A stretch of 35,946 nucleotides of DNA from Bacteroidota bacterium (GCA_046049605.1 JBJORC010000004.1:1-35946); one strand, 5' to 3'. Counted from the first letter of the stretch, positions 27,786-35,946 are shown. The notes: a model not told the origin generated them from the sequence alone. Numbers and translations are program-made.

Positions 27786-27873
27786 GGGCTAGTATTAACG
27801 TGATAATGAAGCGCGCAATATAGAGCGCATGCCTCTCAAAATGAAGCATATGTCTCCATCCCTTCATCAACAC

Positions 27874-28430
27874 ATGGCCTCTCCTGTAGGAGTTAAGGAA
27901 CTCTCTAAGCACTTTCACAAGCAAACTGTTTTGCACCAGCTTTCCTTTCAGGTAGCCGAGGGGGAAACCCTAGACTTTTTAGGATCTAATGGAGCAAGAC
28001 CTTTGCATGGTGTAGGATGCTCTAAACGCCTATTTTTTGGGGTAACGAGAAAAATTTCAGTATAATACTTTGAGCTTATACCACTGTTTTGGCATAAACT
28101 AAGGAACCTGCTATCTAGATTCAACGGTTGAGAATGACATACAACTATCAAAATATGCCCTAATTACTAAATTGGCCATGCAAAGGTCTCAGACTTTGTG
28201 AGCAGCACGCTAGCCTATATGCTTAACGAAAAGGGCCTGATCAACCTCAAGCATAAAACCTTAAAGACTCGGTTGCTTGACCAAGTTAGGCTAGGTCAAA
28301 AGCGGCTTTGGCGGTAAATCATGAACCTAATAGTGCCCCTTGTACTCTTGGGGTTGCTGGGGGTGTTGTGAAATTACTTGCACAAGGATGCTTACACCAA
28401 TTTGTGATTAGTGGGGCATGACAATCAGCA
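27874..28430 (+). pseudogene. Decayed ABC-transporter ATP-binding gene (frameshifts and stops)
   Basis: Frame 1 reads MASPVGVKELSKHFHKQTVLHQLSFQVAEGETLDFLGSNGA, then breaks where Walker A GAGKT should continue; the next frame gives KTFAWCRML*. Further fragments in shifting frames are STVENDIQLSKYAL (resembles the region after the Q-loop), LGQKRLWR*IMNLIVPLVLLG (resembles the signature/Walker B region G.KQRL.LA.AL...P.LLILDE) and KLLAQGCLHQFVISGA* (resembles the H-loop region). Several in-frame stops are present. Confidence 0.6.
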
Positions 28431-28626
28431 AGCAAAAGATGAAACAAGCACTAAATGAGCATGCTTTGTGTTTAGTATTAACTTTTATACATAAATTGAG
28501 GGCTGTGTGTCACAAAACCCAATAGTACCTATGAAACCTGCATGCGCGTTTCATACAGCCAGGTATAGGTACACAAATATCACCCATGTAGGCTCCGTAT
28601 TTCATTAAAAGTCAAATCATATTCAT

Positions 28627-29742
28627 ATGAAATTCATTGTATCCTCTTCTGCCCTGTCCAAGCAGTTAGCTGCCATCGGCGGCGTAATTGTCAATAATCC
28701 CGTTGTCCCTATTCTAGAAAACTTTTTGTTTGAGATCAATGGCAAGCGACTTACCGTTACTGCGTCGGATTTACAGACCTCTATGACCACAGAATTGGTT
28801 GTAGAGGCACATGAAGATGCCAGCATTGCTATACCAGCACGCATCTTGCTAGAAACCCTAAAAAATCTACCGGAACAGCCTGTCACTTTTTCGATCAATG
28901 AGGGGACCTATAGTGTGGAAATTAGCTCAGACAATGGGCGATATCGTTTGGCAGGTGAAAATGCTACCGACTTCCCCCAGCTGAGGCTGGCACAAAAGGG
29001 AGTTTCGGTAGACATGGATGCTAAGGTGTTGAAAAAGGCCATTAACCAGGCTATTGTTGCCACGAGCAATGATGAGCTAAAGCCTGCCATGAATGGGATT
29101 TACATGGATTTTAGTGAGGACAGTGCCACTTTTGTTGCTACAGATGGCCACAGGATGGTTCGTTATATCCGATCAGATGTGGGCGTAGCCACGCAACAGC
29201 CGTTTATTGTACCTCACAAAACCCTTACATTGCTCAACTCGCTGCTCTCGCACGAGCACCAGACAGTGAACATTACTTTTAATGATAGCCATGTTTATTT
29301 CAAGCTGGCTAATGTTAGTATGGTATCTCGGTTGATTGATGAACGCTATCCTGATTATGCGAATGTGATTCCCGCCAACAATACCAACAAGCTCACTATT
29401 AATCGGGTGAGTTTTCTGAGTTCACTTAGGCGAATTTCCATTTATTCCAATAGAACTACACACCAAATAAAGCTCTCCATTGCTGGGAGTGAGCTCCATA
29501 TTCTTGCAGAAGATTTTGATTTCTCTAATGAAGCCAACGAACGCTTGACTTGTGAATACGAGGGCGATGACCTGGAGATTGGCTTTAACGCTAAGTTTTT
29601 GATTGAGATGTTGAGTAACCTGTCTTCTGAAGAAGTAGAGATGCATTTTTCAGGACCTAGCAAGGCTGGCTTAATCTTTCCTAAAGAAAAAGATGCAGAC
29701 GAAGACATACTGCTGTTGATCATGCCTGTGATCTTGAAGTAG
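28627..29742 (+). CDS. dnaN: DNA polymerase III beta sliding clamp
   Basis: MKFIVSSSALSKQL....VV..NP..PILENFLFEI.G..L.VTASDL... and PAMNGIY....D...FVATDGHR, with a length of 371 aa. Confidence 0.95.
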   Translation: MKFIVSSSALSKQLAAIGGVIVNNPVVPILENFLFEINGKRLTVTASDLQTSMTTELVVEAHEDASIAIPARILLETLKNLPEQPVTFSINEGTYSVEISSDNGRYRLAGENATDFPQLRLAQKGVSVDMDAKVLKKAINQAIVATSNDELKPAMNGIYMDFSEDSATFVATDGHRMVRYIRSDVGVATQQPFIVPHKTLTLLNSLLSHEHQTVNITFNDSHVYFKLANVSMVSRLIDERYPDYANVIPANNTNKLTINRVSFLSSLRRISIYSNRTTHQIKLSIAGSELHILAEDFDFSNEANERLTCEYEGDDLEIGFNAKFLIEMLSNLSSEEVEMHFSGPSKAGLIFPKEKDADEDILLLIMPVILK

Positions 29743-29860
29743 GCTATTTTAGGGATGCACTAGCAGTTCTATAGTCCATTCAGCGCCCCGCCTGGGTGCG
29801 TGTGAATGAGTTGCGAGACCTTGTACAATCCTCGAAGAAGTCAGGTACAAGTTGGCAAGT

Positions 29861-30004
29861 TGGCCGGTACCTCCTAAATTTGGTCCCAGGGTGTGTGCCG
29901 TAATTTTTCGGCCCAGTGGTTATTAGTTTTCCTGGCTTTTTCCAAAAAGACATGAAACAAGGCCGTTGCATGGTAAATTTGTGAGTTGGGGCACATTTCA
30001 ATAA
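29861..30004 (+). pseudogene. Possible remnant of an IS5-family (DUF4096-type N-terminus) transposase
   Basis: One frame reads WPVPPKFGPRVCAVIFRPSGY*FSWLFPKRHETRPLHGKFVSWGTFQ*. This resembles GRPPKF.PR..L.AI.YVLRTG..WR.LPK.F.PW.TVY.YF.RW...G.W found at the N-terminus of IS427/IS1031-group transposases. It has two in-frame stops. The resemblance is short and degenerate. Confidence 0.35.
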
Positions 30005-30157
30005 TTGCACGTTGCTGCTAGTCGCTTCATGGACACGAGCTAGGCTTCATTTGTCCTAAAAATAAAAAAGGGGATGAACCCGCATTATTGAATGAAAATT
30101 CTTCCCGTCAACTATAAAATTCTAGTTTAGAGGATCCTACGCTATGTAAAGGTCTCG

Positions 30158-30189
30158 AAACGATAAGTGTGCTAGCATGCTTATCGTTT
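30158..30189. other. 10-bp perfect stem hairpin (AAACGATAAG / CTTATCGTTT) with a 12-nt loop
   Basis: Read directly: aaacgataag-tgtgctagcatg-cttatcgttt, followed by attct. It lies about 57 nt upstream of the yidC ATG. The loop contains the palindrome tgctagca. Confidence 0.45.
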
Positions 30190-30246
30190 ATTCTGTATAG
30201 ACACTCGTAGTAGCTGCTATAAATAACGCATTCAATACCACTTTTC

Positions 30247-32064
30247 ATGGATAGGAACCAGCTTATAGGCTTAATGCTCATTACCGTTATGCTCATTACC
30301 TATGCTCATTTTTTTTCTCCCAAGCCTTCAGTACAGCCTATACACACAAAAGCGAATCAGAGCACTGTTGTTGAAAGAGACCCAGCGCTCCATCAAAAAC
30401 AGACACTCCACTTAGCCGCCCATACGCCTGTTTCCGTATCACAATACGGCATCTTTGCACCAGCTGCGCAGGGCATAGAAAAAGAAGTCGTGTTGGAAAA
30501 CGAAGTGTTGAAAGTGACACTCACCTCTCGAGGAGCCAGGATTAAGGAAGTAGTGCTCAAACACTATCAAGACCATAAAAAACAACCCCTCACCTTGTTA
30601 GATGCGCAGAGTAGCACGATGGGCTTTCAGTTTACTACGCATGGGACGCAGCTCAATACCGATGCTTTGTTCTTCGAAACAACGGCGCAAGACCAAAGCG
30701 TAGAAGAGACCGACTTGGCAACAGCCACGTTCACCCTGCCCATAGGTCCTGGCCAATACATGCGACAAGTCTTTGCTTTGTCAGGGCAGGGCTATACGTT
30801 AACCCATGGGTGGGAAATGGTGGGGTTGGACGCATTTTTAGGGCAGGAGCCTATCCAATTTGTGTGGCATAATCTTATCAAACGTGCAGAAAAAGACCTT
30901 AAAGCATGTCGGGACAAAACAACGATCAACTATTATCTGGCCGAGAATAAGTTTGATGCTCTTAAAGAGGGTTCAGAGCAGGAGCAAGAGAAATTGTTAC
31001 CAAGTCCTATTCAGTGGGTGGGAATAAAACAACGCTTCTTTACTGCAGGCATCATTGCCCAGGAAGCTTTTGCAAGTGGGTACATAGCGACAACGCCAAT
31101 GCTACAAAGCATGGCTACTGTTAAAGAAGTAAAGGTCCACTTAACACTGCCGGATACTGACCCAAAACAAGACAAAAAAGGACAATTCACGTTTTATTTT
31201 GGCCCCAACGACTACCAAAAGCTCGATCGGGTTACCAAAGGCTTCTCCAAAAACATTTCGTTAGGTTGGCCAGTAGTGCGCTGGATCAACCGATTCTTAA
31301 TTATCCCTGTCTTTGCCTTTTTAGAGCAGTACATCAGCAGTTACGGCATCATCATTATTTTACTCGTCGTCTTCATCAAATTCCTACTGTTGCCCCTTTC
31401 CTACAATTCCTATATTGCTATGGCTAAGATGCGGATTTTAAAACCCGCCTTAGATGCCCTCAAGGCCAAGCATGGGGAGGATGCACAAAAAATACAGCTG
31501 GAGCAGATGGGCCTTTATCGAGAGATGGGTATTAATCCATTGAGTGGTTGTGTTCCTGTGTTGTTGCAGATGCCCATTTTGCTGGCCATGTTCAATTTCT
31601 TCCCTAATGCCATTGCGTTGCGCCAACAAGCCTTTTTATGGGCTAGTGACCTGTCTACCTATGATGCGATCATTCACCTGCCTTTTAATATACCTGCCTA
31701 CGGAAGTCATGTGAGCCTGTTTACCTTGCTCATGACTGCTTCCACGATACTCTATACCTGGTCTAACAGCCAATTGACGCCTGTTCAAGGGCCCATGAAG
31801 CTCATGACCTATATGATGCCGTTTACCTTTATGTTCATTCTGAACAGCTTCCCTGCAGGCCTGAGCTTGTATTACCTCGTTTCTAACTTAATAACTTCCG
31901 GTCAACAAAGTTTGATCAAGTGGTTTGTAGATGAGGAGAAAATAAAAAAGCAGCTGGAGGAGAACAAAGCAAAGAACAAGGATAAAAAGAAGTCTAGGTT
32001 CCAGTTACGCTTTGCAGAGGCAATGAAAGCAGAGGGAAAAAGCAAAAGAAAGTCAAAAGCATGA
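30247..32064 (+). CDS. yidC: Membrane protein insertase YidC (long Bacteroidota-type form)
   Basis: It has an N-terminal TM, a large periplasmic domain, and the C-terminal conserved core (ILLVVFIKFLLLPLSY.S...MAKMR.LKP....LK.K...D.QK.Q.E.M.LY.E.GINP..GC.P.LLQMPIL.A.F.FFP), with a Lys-rich tail. Confidence 0.93.
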   Translation: MDRNQLIGLMLITVMLITYAHFFSPKPSVQPIHTKANQSTVVERDPALHQKQTLHLAAHTPVSVSQYGIFAPAAQGIEKEVVLENEVLKVTLTSRGARIKEVVLKHYQDHKKQPLTLLDAQSSTMGFQFTTHGTQLNTDALFFETTAQDQSVEETDLATATFTLPIGPGQYMRQVFALSGQGYTLTHGWEMVGLDAFLGQEPIQFVWHNLIKRAEKDLKACRDKTTINYYLAENKFDALKEGSEQEQEKLLPSPIQWVGIKQRFFTAGIIAQEAFASGYIATTPMLQSMATVKEVKVHLTLPDTDPKQDKKGQFTFYFGPNDYQKLDRVTKGFSKNISLGWPVVRWINRFLIIPVFAFLEQYISSYGIIIILLVVFIKFLLLPLSYNSYIAMAKMRILKPALDALKAKHGEDAQKIQLEQMGLYREMGINPLSGCVPVLLQMPILLAMFNFFPNAIALRQQAFLWASDLSTYDAIIHLPFNIPAYGSHVSLFTLLMTASTILYTWSNSQLTPVQGPMKLMTYMMPFTFMFILNSFPAGLSLYYLVSNLITSGQQSLIKWFVDEEKIKKQLEENKAKNKDKKKSRFQLRFAEAMKAEGKSKRKSKA

Positions 32065-32114
32065 CCAAAGAACTGACACTTCTTTCTTGTATTACGTCGT
32101 GTTGTCTAGGGAGG

Positions 32115-32570
32115 CTATGCCACGTCTGTTACCTTACTGAAATGCGTCTGAATGGTATAATCCTTGTTAGGGCCTTGCACCTGATAGGTTAATCGAAAAT
32201 ATTGATGACTCAAAAACGTGTAGCGCGCCTTGTAAACATCATCAGTGCACCCATGTGTACCTGTTGCCACGAGTGCCTGGCTAGTAGTCTTGGTGCTATG
32301 AAACTGCAAGGTGTGCAACAGCCCAGCGGGTTGCCTTTGTTCCTGGTTCCAAAAATAGACTGAGATTGTGCCCTGGTCATACACATAGGCATACGCACGG
32401 TAGGCAGAAATCGGTTTACTGTTTCCAAAAGTAATATTGCCTTGTTCTTGATAATACAACACCCCTGTGCTCCATGTTTGAAAGCGGGCCGTTCCTTGCA
32501 TGTGTCCTTGTACACCCAAACGTCGCTCGAGTTTCCAAACTCCCCTTAAGTGCTTAAATAACTGTAGCAT
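32115..32570 (-). CDS. DUF6314-family protein
   Basis: 151 aa. W.LER......G.A.F......L.Y.E.G.......... .AYR.Y.Y......ISVYF.........L.F.......A...H.C..D.Y...Y.F......L.Y.V.GP.KDY fits my recollection of the DUF6314 pattern. This needs HMM confirmation. Confidence 0.55.
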   Translation of the reverse strand: MLQLFKHLRGVWKLERRLGVQGHMQGTARFQTWSTGVLYYQEQGNITFGNSKPISAYRAYAYVYDQGTISVYFWNQEQRQPAGLLHTLQFHSTKTTSQALVATGTHGCTDDVYKARYTFLSHQYFRLTYQVQGPNKDYTIQTHFSKVTDVA

Positions 32571-32745
32571 GGCTGTTTCTTACTAAAGGTACTAGTGGAG
32601 TAAAGACGACCTCTTTTTATTCATCATTGAGTTATTGATTTTTTACAAAACAGGTACAAATAACCAATAAGAGTGTGGTGACTGGCAACGATTTTCGCTA
32701 CTTTGCGTGGTAAGGCGGTAAATTTCAACCATAAAACGATCTGTT

Positions 32746-32943
32746 ATGAAAAGAGATTTTATATCCTTTGTGGCGGGCATGGCGGTAGGTGCTGTGCTCG
32801 GTGTCTTGGTAGGTGACGAGGACAAAAATAGGATTCAGAAAGTCCTTAAAAAACAAGTAGGAAGGCTACGCAAGGAGTATGAGCGCCCTATTAGGGAAAG
32901 TGCCGAAAAGGTGAGGAGTTTCGTAAAAGAGCATCTACGTTAG
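32746..32943 (+). CDS. YtxH-domain small membrane-anchored protein
   Basis: 65 aa. The Gly/Ala-rich hydrophobic N-terminus (FISFVAGMAVGAVLGVLV) is followed by a charged helical tail, as in YtxH family proteins. Confidence 0.6.
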   Translation: MKRDFISFVAGMAVGAVLGVLVGDEDKNRIQKVLKKQVGRLRKEYERPIRESAEKVRSFVKEHLR

Positions 32944-33175
32944 TGGGTGTATGCGCAAGTGTGCACCATGTAAACTTTCCCCTCTCTGCTACCAAGAAGA
33001 GAGCGGATATGATAAGCAAAGTAGCTGAAAAATTAGGAAAGTAGACTACTGGGTTGACTTCCGCATCATTATTACATTTTTGGTGAGTATTCACAAGCAC
33101 GCGTAATCTCCATATTACGCAGATTTACTAGATCCCGGCTACAGTACTTCTGAACATATCCATACCCCAGTGATT

Positions 33176-34702
33176 ATGACCGTCCCCCTAAGCGAACAAG
33201 AAGTTGTACGAATCCACAAAAAGCAGGAACTCGAAGCACTGGGTATTAATCCTTACCCCGCAGCTACCTTCGTGACCAATACATCTGCAAAGGACATCCT
33301 AGTCAACTATCTCACCGATCCAGCATGCTACCAGCAGGTGGTTTTGGCAGGACGGCTGATGAGTCGTAGGATTATGGGCTCAGCTTCATTTGCTGAACTG
33401 CAAGATTCCAGTGGAAAGATTCAGTTGTATGTACATAGAGATACCCTGTGCCCAGAAGAAGACAAAACTTTCTACAACACGGTTTTTAAGAAACTGATGG
33501 ACATGGGCGATATCGTAGGAGTGCATGGTCATGTATTCAAGACCAAAATGGGGACTATCTCTGTACATGTTACGCAACTGACCTTACTGACCAAGGCACT
33601 AAAACCCTTGCCCATTGTCAAAGAAGTGGTAGAGCAAGGTGTTCAGAAAACTTATGATGCTTTTACAGCCCCTGAGAAGCGTTACAGACAACGTTATGTA
33701 GACCTAATTGTTAACCCTCACGTACGGGAAACATTTATCAAGCGTGCTCAGCTCATTCGTTCCATAAGGCAGTACCTAGAGGCACAAGGGTATTTGGAGG
33801 TAGAGACCCCTATATTGCAGCCTATTTACGGTGGAGCCGCTGCGCGCCCTTTTAAGACCCACCACAACACTCTCGACACGCCATTGTATTTGCGCATCGC
33901 CAATGAATTATACTTAAAAAGGCTCATCGTAGGTGGGTATGACGGAGTATATGAATTTGCCAAAGACTTTCGTAATGAAGGGATGTCGCGTTTTCATAAC
34001 CCCGAGTTCACCATGCTAGAAGTATACGTAGCCTATAAAGACTACCTGTGGATGATGGACCATACGGAAGCATTGTTTGAAAAAGTAGCATTGGATCTCC
34101 ACGGCACCACTGAGGTGCAGGTAGACCAACACACCATCAATTTCCAACGGCCTTGGAAACGGTTTACCCTATTTGAAGCCATTCAGCATTTCACAGGCAT
34201 TGACGTTAGCCAAATGGACGAGGCAGAATTACGCGACACGGCCCGTAAGCTAGGTATTACCTTGGAAGCTTCGGCAGGTCAAGGAAAAATAATTGATGAT
34301 ATTTTTGGTGCCCAATGCGAGCCCAATTTGATTCAGCCTACGTTTATTACAGATTATCCTATAGAAATGTCACCGCTGGCCAAACGGCACCGTAACAACC
34401 CAGCTTTGACAGAACGTTTTGAGGTCATTTGTAATGGCAAGGAAATCTGCAATGCCTTTTCCGAGCTGAATGATCCTATAGACCAACGTCAGCGGTTTGA
34501 AGACCAGCTTGAGCTCAGCAAAAGAGGAGACGAGGAAGCCATGGCTCTAGACGAAGACTTTTTACGTGCTCTGCGCTATGGCATGCCTCCTACCGTAGGC
34601 TTGGGAATCGGCATTGACCGGTTAGCCATGATCATGACTGACACGGCTTCTATTCAGGAGGTGATATTTTTTCCCCAAATGAAGCCAGAAAACAAAGCTT
34701 AG
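33176..34702 (+). CDS. lysS: Lysine--tRNA ligase, class II
   Basis: R..K...L...GINPYP and an OB-fold region, followed by class II motifs (YLEVETP, FRNEG.S..HNPEFT.LE.Y and GIGIDRL.M..T). ATG 33176 is preferred over GTG 33170. Confidence 0.96.
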   Translation: MTVPLSEQEVVRIHKKQELEALGINPYPAATFVTNTSAKDILVNYLTDPACYQQVVLAGRLMSRRIMGSASFAELQDSSGKIQLYVHRDTLCPEEDKTFYNTVFKKLMDMGDIVGVHGHVFKTKMGTISVHVTQLTLLTKALKPLPIVKEVVEQGVQKTYDAFTAPEKRYRQRYVDLIVNPHVRETFIKRAQLIRSIRQYLEAQGYLEVETPILQPIYGGAAARPFKTHHNTLDTPLYLRIANELYLKRLIVGGYDGVYEFAKDFRNEGMSRFHNPEFTMLEVYVAYKDYLWMMDHTEALFEKVALDLHGTTEVQVDQHTINFQRPWKRFTLFEAIQHFTGIDVSQMDEAELRDTARKLGITLEASAGQGKIIDDIFGAQCEPNLIQPTFITDYPIEMSPLAKRHRNNPALTERFEVICNGKEICNAFSELNDPIDQRQRFEDQLELSKRGDEEAMALDEDFLRALRYGMPPTVGLGIGIDRLAMIMTDTASIQEVIFFPQMKPENKA

Positions 34703-34760
34703 ACCCCTTCCACCTAGCAAATCATAAAAGGGGGGCTATTAGCGCCTATAACCCTTTTTA

Positions 34761-34940
34761 TCTCCCCAGCACGCCAAAGCTTCTATTTTTAAGTTCTTCT
34801 ACAGCCTCCATAAGGCCCAAGTACCTGGCCAGAGGTACGAAGAAGAGCAGCGTCTCTTCGGCCGTTCTGCGTTGGCTCTCGTGAGACTTTGCCTCGATCG
34901 TACGTAGGTTGTGCATCCTGTCGGCTAGTTTTACGTAGGC
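34761..34940 (-). pseudogene. RelA/SpoT ((p)ppGpp synthetase/hydrolase) HD-domain remnant, 60 codons only
   Basis: The minus strand reads AYVKLADRMHNLRTIEAKSHESQRRTAEETLLFFVPLARYLGLMEAVEELKNRSFGVLGR*. This aligns by eye to the conserved RelA/SpoT block VKLADR.HNMRTL.......RR.A.ETL.IY.PLA.RLG....K.ELE.L.F. A TGA lies immediately upstream, there is no start codon, and the roughly 550 downstream codons of a normal gene are absent because the lysS stop is only about 60 nt away. Confidence 0.8.
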
Positions 34941-35946
34941 TCAGTGCTTACTTGTGCTTTCATATTAGCAGGAGGGATCACTAACACAAACTCTGTATAG
35001 GCCTGACCAGGTACCGAACAGGTCTTGCACAACAAATGTCCGCCGTGGGCCTCTATCAGGAGTCTACTAATCGCTAGTCCCATATTTTGGGTCTTTTCTT
35101 TGAGCGGGAACAGCGAGAACAGCTCTTGGACCAATGAGCAAGATACTGCTTGGCCTGATAACCTAATATGCACCCCTTCTTGTCGAGCAATCCATAGACG
35201 CACCTGCTCTTCCAGATGATGCGCATGGAGAAATTGCAACACGTGTACTATGGCATATTGTAGGTGGTTAAATGAGGTATAGATCGGATAGTCTTCCGAA
35301 AGGTCTGCATCTATCTCTTGTTGATAGCCAGCGGCATACGCTGTTACGATGGTGGCCATGCACGCTTGTAGGGAACTCAGCGCTAAGTGAGGAGCAATGT
35401 ACTCTTCAGTCATCACCTCTATCAGGTGCTTGTTGATGTGCGTGCCTTGTTTGAGTACAGCCAGAGCTGTGGGGAAGAAATAATGCAAACAATCAGGACC
35501 CGTGTGCGGCTCATCTTGTTGTCGTGTCTCTGTATTGTATGTTGTCTTTTGGTTGTGTACAAGTAAGAACTCCTGCACTTGCCGATCAATCATAGTGGCT
35601 ATGCGTTCTGTAGCAGGATGTGGAAAGTCTCCTACTTGCCGTACAGCATACTGCTGTTCTTGTATATCACGGAGCTTTGCGGAAAAGTGTTGTTCTTTAC
35701 GCCTAGCAAATAAGAGTGCTATGAGGGTGGAGAAAAGGCAGGTGTACACCAACAAATAGCCCGTACTAAAGTCTAGCTGCAGGTTTATAGGGCCAATGGC
35801 CAGTTTGTAGAAGAGGAAGCCTAGGGTAACACCCAGGACGGTAAGGATGATAAAACTCATCCAGTCTACAAGTACGATGAGGAACATGATGGTGAGGGCC
35901 ACATTGATAAGCCACTCTACACTGCCTTGGGTAAGCAAGAACATGA
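34931..35946 (-). CDS. Membrane-bound histidine-kinase-like protein with degenerate HATPase motifs (possibly N-terminally incomplete at the window edge)
   Basis: It has several N-terminal TM helices. The C-terminus ...MGLAISRLLIEAHGGHLL....PGQAYTEFVLVIP resembles the G2 box and lid region of GHKL kinases. Candidate H-box FPHPATERIATMI and N-box LQYAIVHVLQFL are both degenerate. The ORF reaches within 2 nt of the window end. Confidence 0.55.
   Translation of the reverse strand, partial: MFLLTQGSVEWLINVALTIMFLIVLVDWMSFIILTVLGVTLGFLFYKLAIGPINLQLDFSTGYLLVYTCLFSTLIALLFARRKEQHFSAKLRDIQEQQYAVRQVGDFPHPATERIATMIDRQVQEFLLVHNQKTTYNTETRQQDEPHTGPDCLHYFFPTALAVLKQGTHINKHLIEVMTEEYIAPHLALSSLQACMATIVTAYAAGYQQEIDADLSEDYPIYTSFNHLQYAIVHVLQFLHAHHLEEQVRLWIARQEGVHIRLSGQAVSCSLVQELFSLFPLKEKTQNMGLAISRLLIEAHGGHLLCKTCSVPGQAYTEFVLVIPPANMKAQVSTEPT

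Noticed and set aside
27786-28626. Replication origin (oriC) in the large spacer upstream of dnaN
   Set aside because: No cluster of DnaA-box-like 9-mers or an AT-rich unwinding element is visible by eye. The spacer is better explained as a decayed ABC ATPase gene.
29780-30010. A 76-aa minus-strand ORF between dnaN and yidC
   Set aside because: It has no recognisable features and is antisense to the stretch that looks like an IS5-type transposase relic. It is probably not a gene.

Overview
This 35.9-kb window is mostly housekeeping genes, probably from a Bacteroidota-type genome. The lineage call rests on the long SecA (about 1100 aa) and YidC (about 600 aa), a TamB homologue, and several TAnnTTTG -7-type promoter motifs upstream of genes. 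Confidently recognised genes are smpB, tsaD, a tamB-like gene, a DcuA/B-family C4-dicarboxylate transporter, psd, cdsA, comF, a SPOR-domain gene, secA, dapF, rplS, lepA, folD, an ArsB/NhaD-superfamily permease, ftsQ-ftsA-ftsZ, an NADPH-dependent FMN reductase, dnaN, yidC, DUF6314 and YtxH genes, lysS and a partial histidine-kinase-like gene. I found no rRNA, tRNA, tmRNA or CRISPR array. Two things stand out. (1) The only clearly accessory locus is a translationally coupled pair of coiled-coil (lipo)protein genes at 6940-8714. One carries an in-frame 75-bp tandem repeat array, and the other has a glycine-zipper hydrophobic segment between two coiled coils. I recognise no homologue for either, so this is the best candidate for something undescribed, but its function cannot be read from sequence alone. 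(2) Several 'intergenic' spacers are gene remnants: a 60-codon relA/spoT HD-domain fragment, a frame-broken ABC-ATPase gene filling the gap upstream of dnaN, and two IS5-family transposase fragments. Together with a truncated dcw cluster and frequent strand switching, these suggest an eroding, rearranged, possibly host-restricted genome. All homology statements come from motif recognition by eye and need database confirmation.
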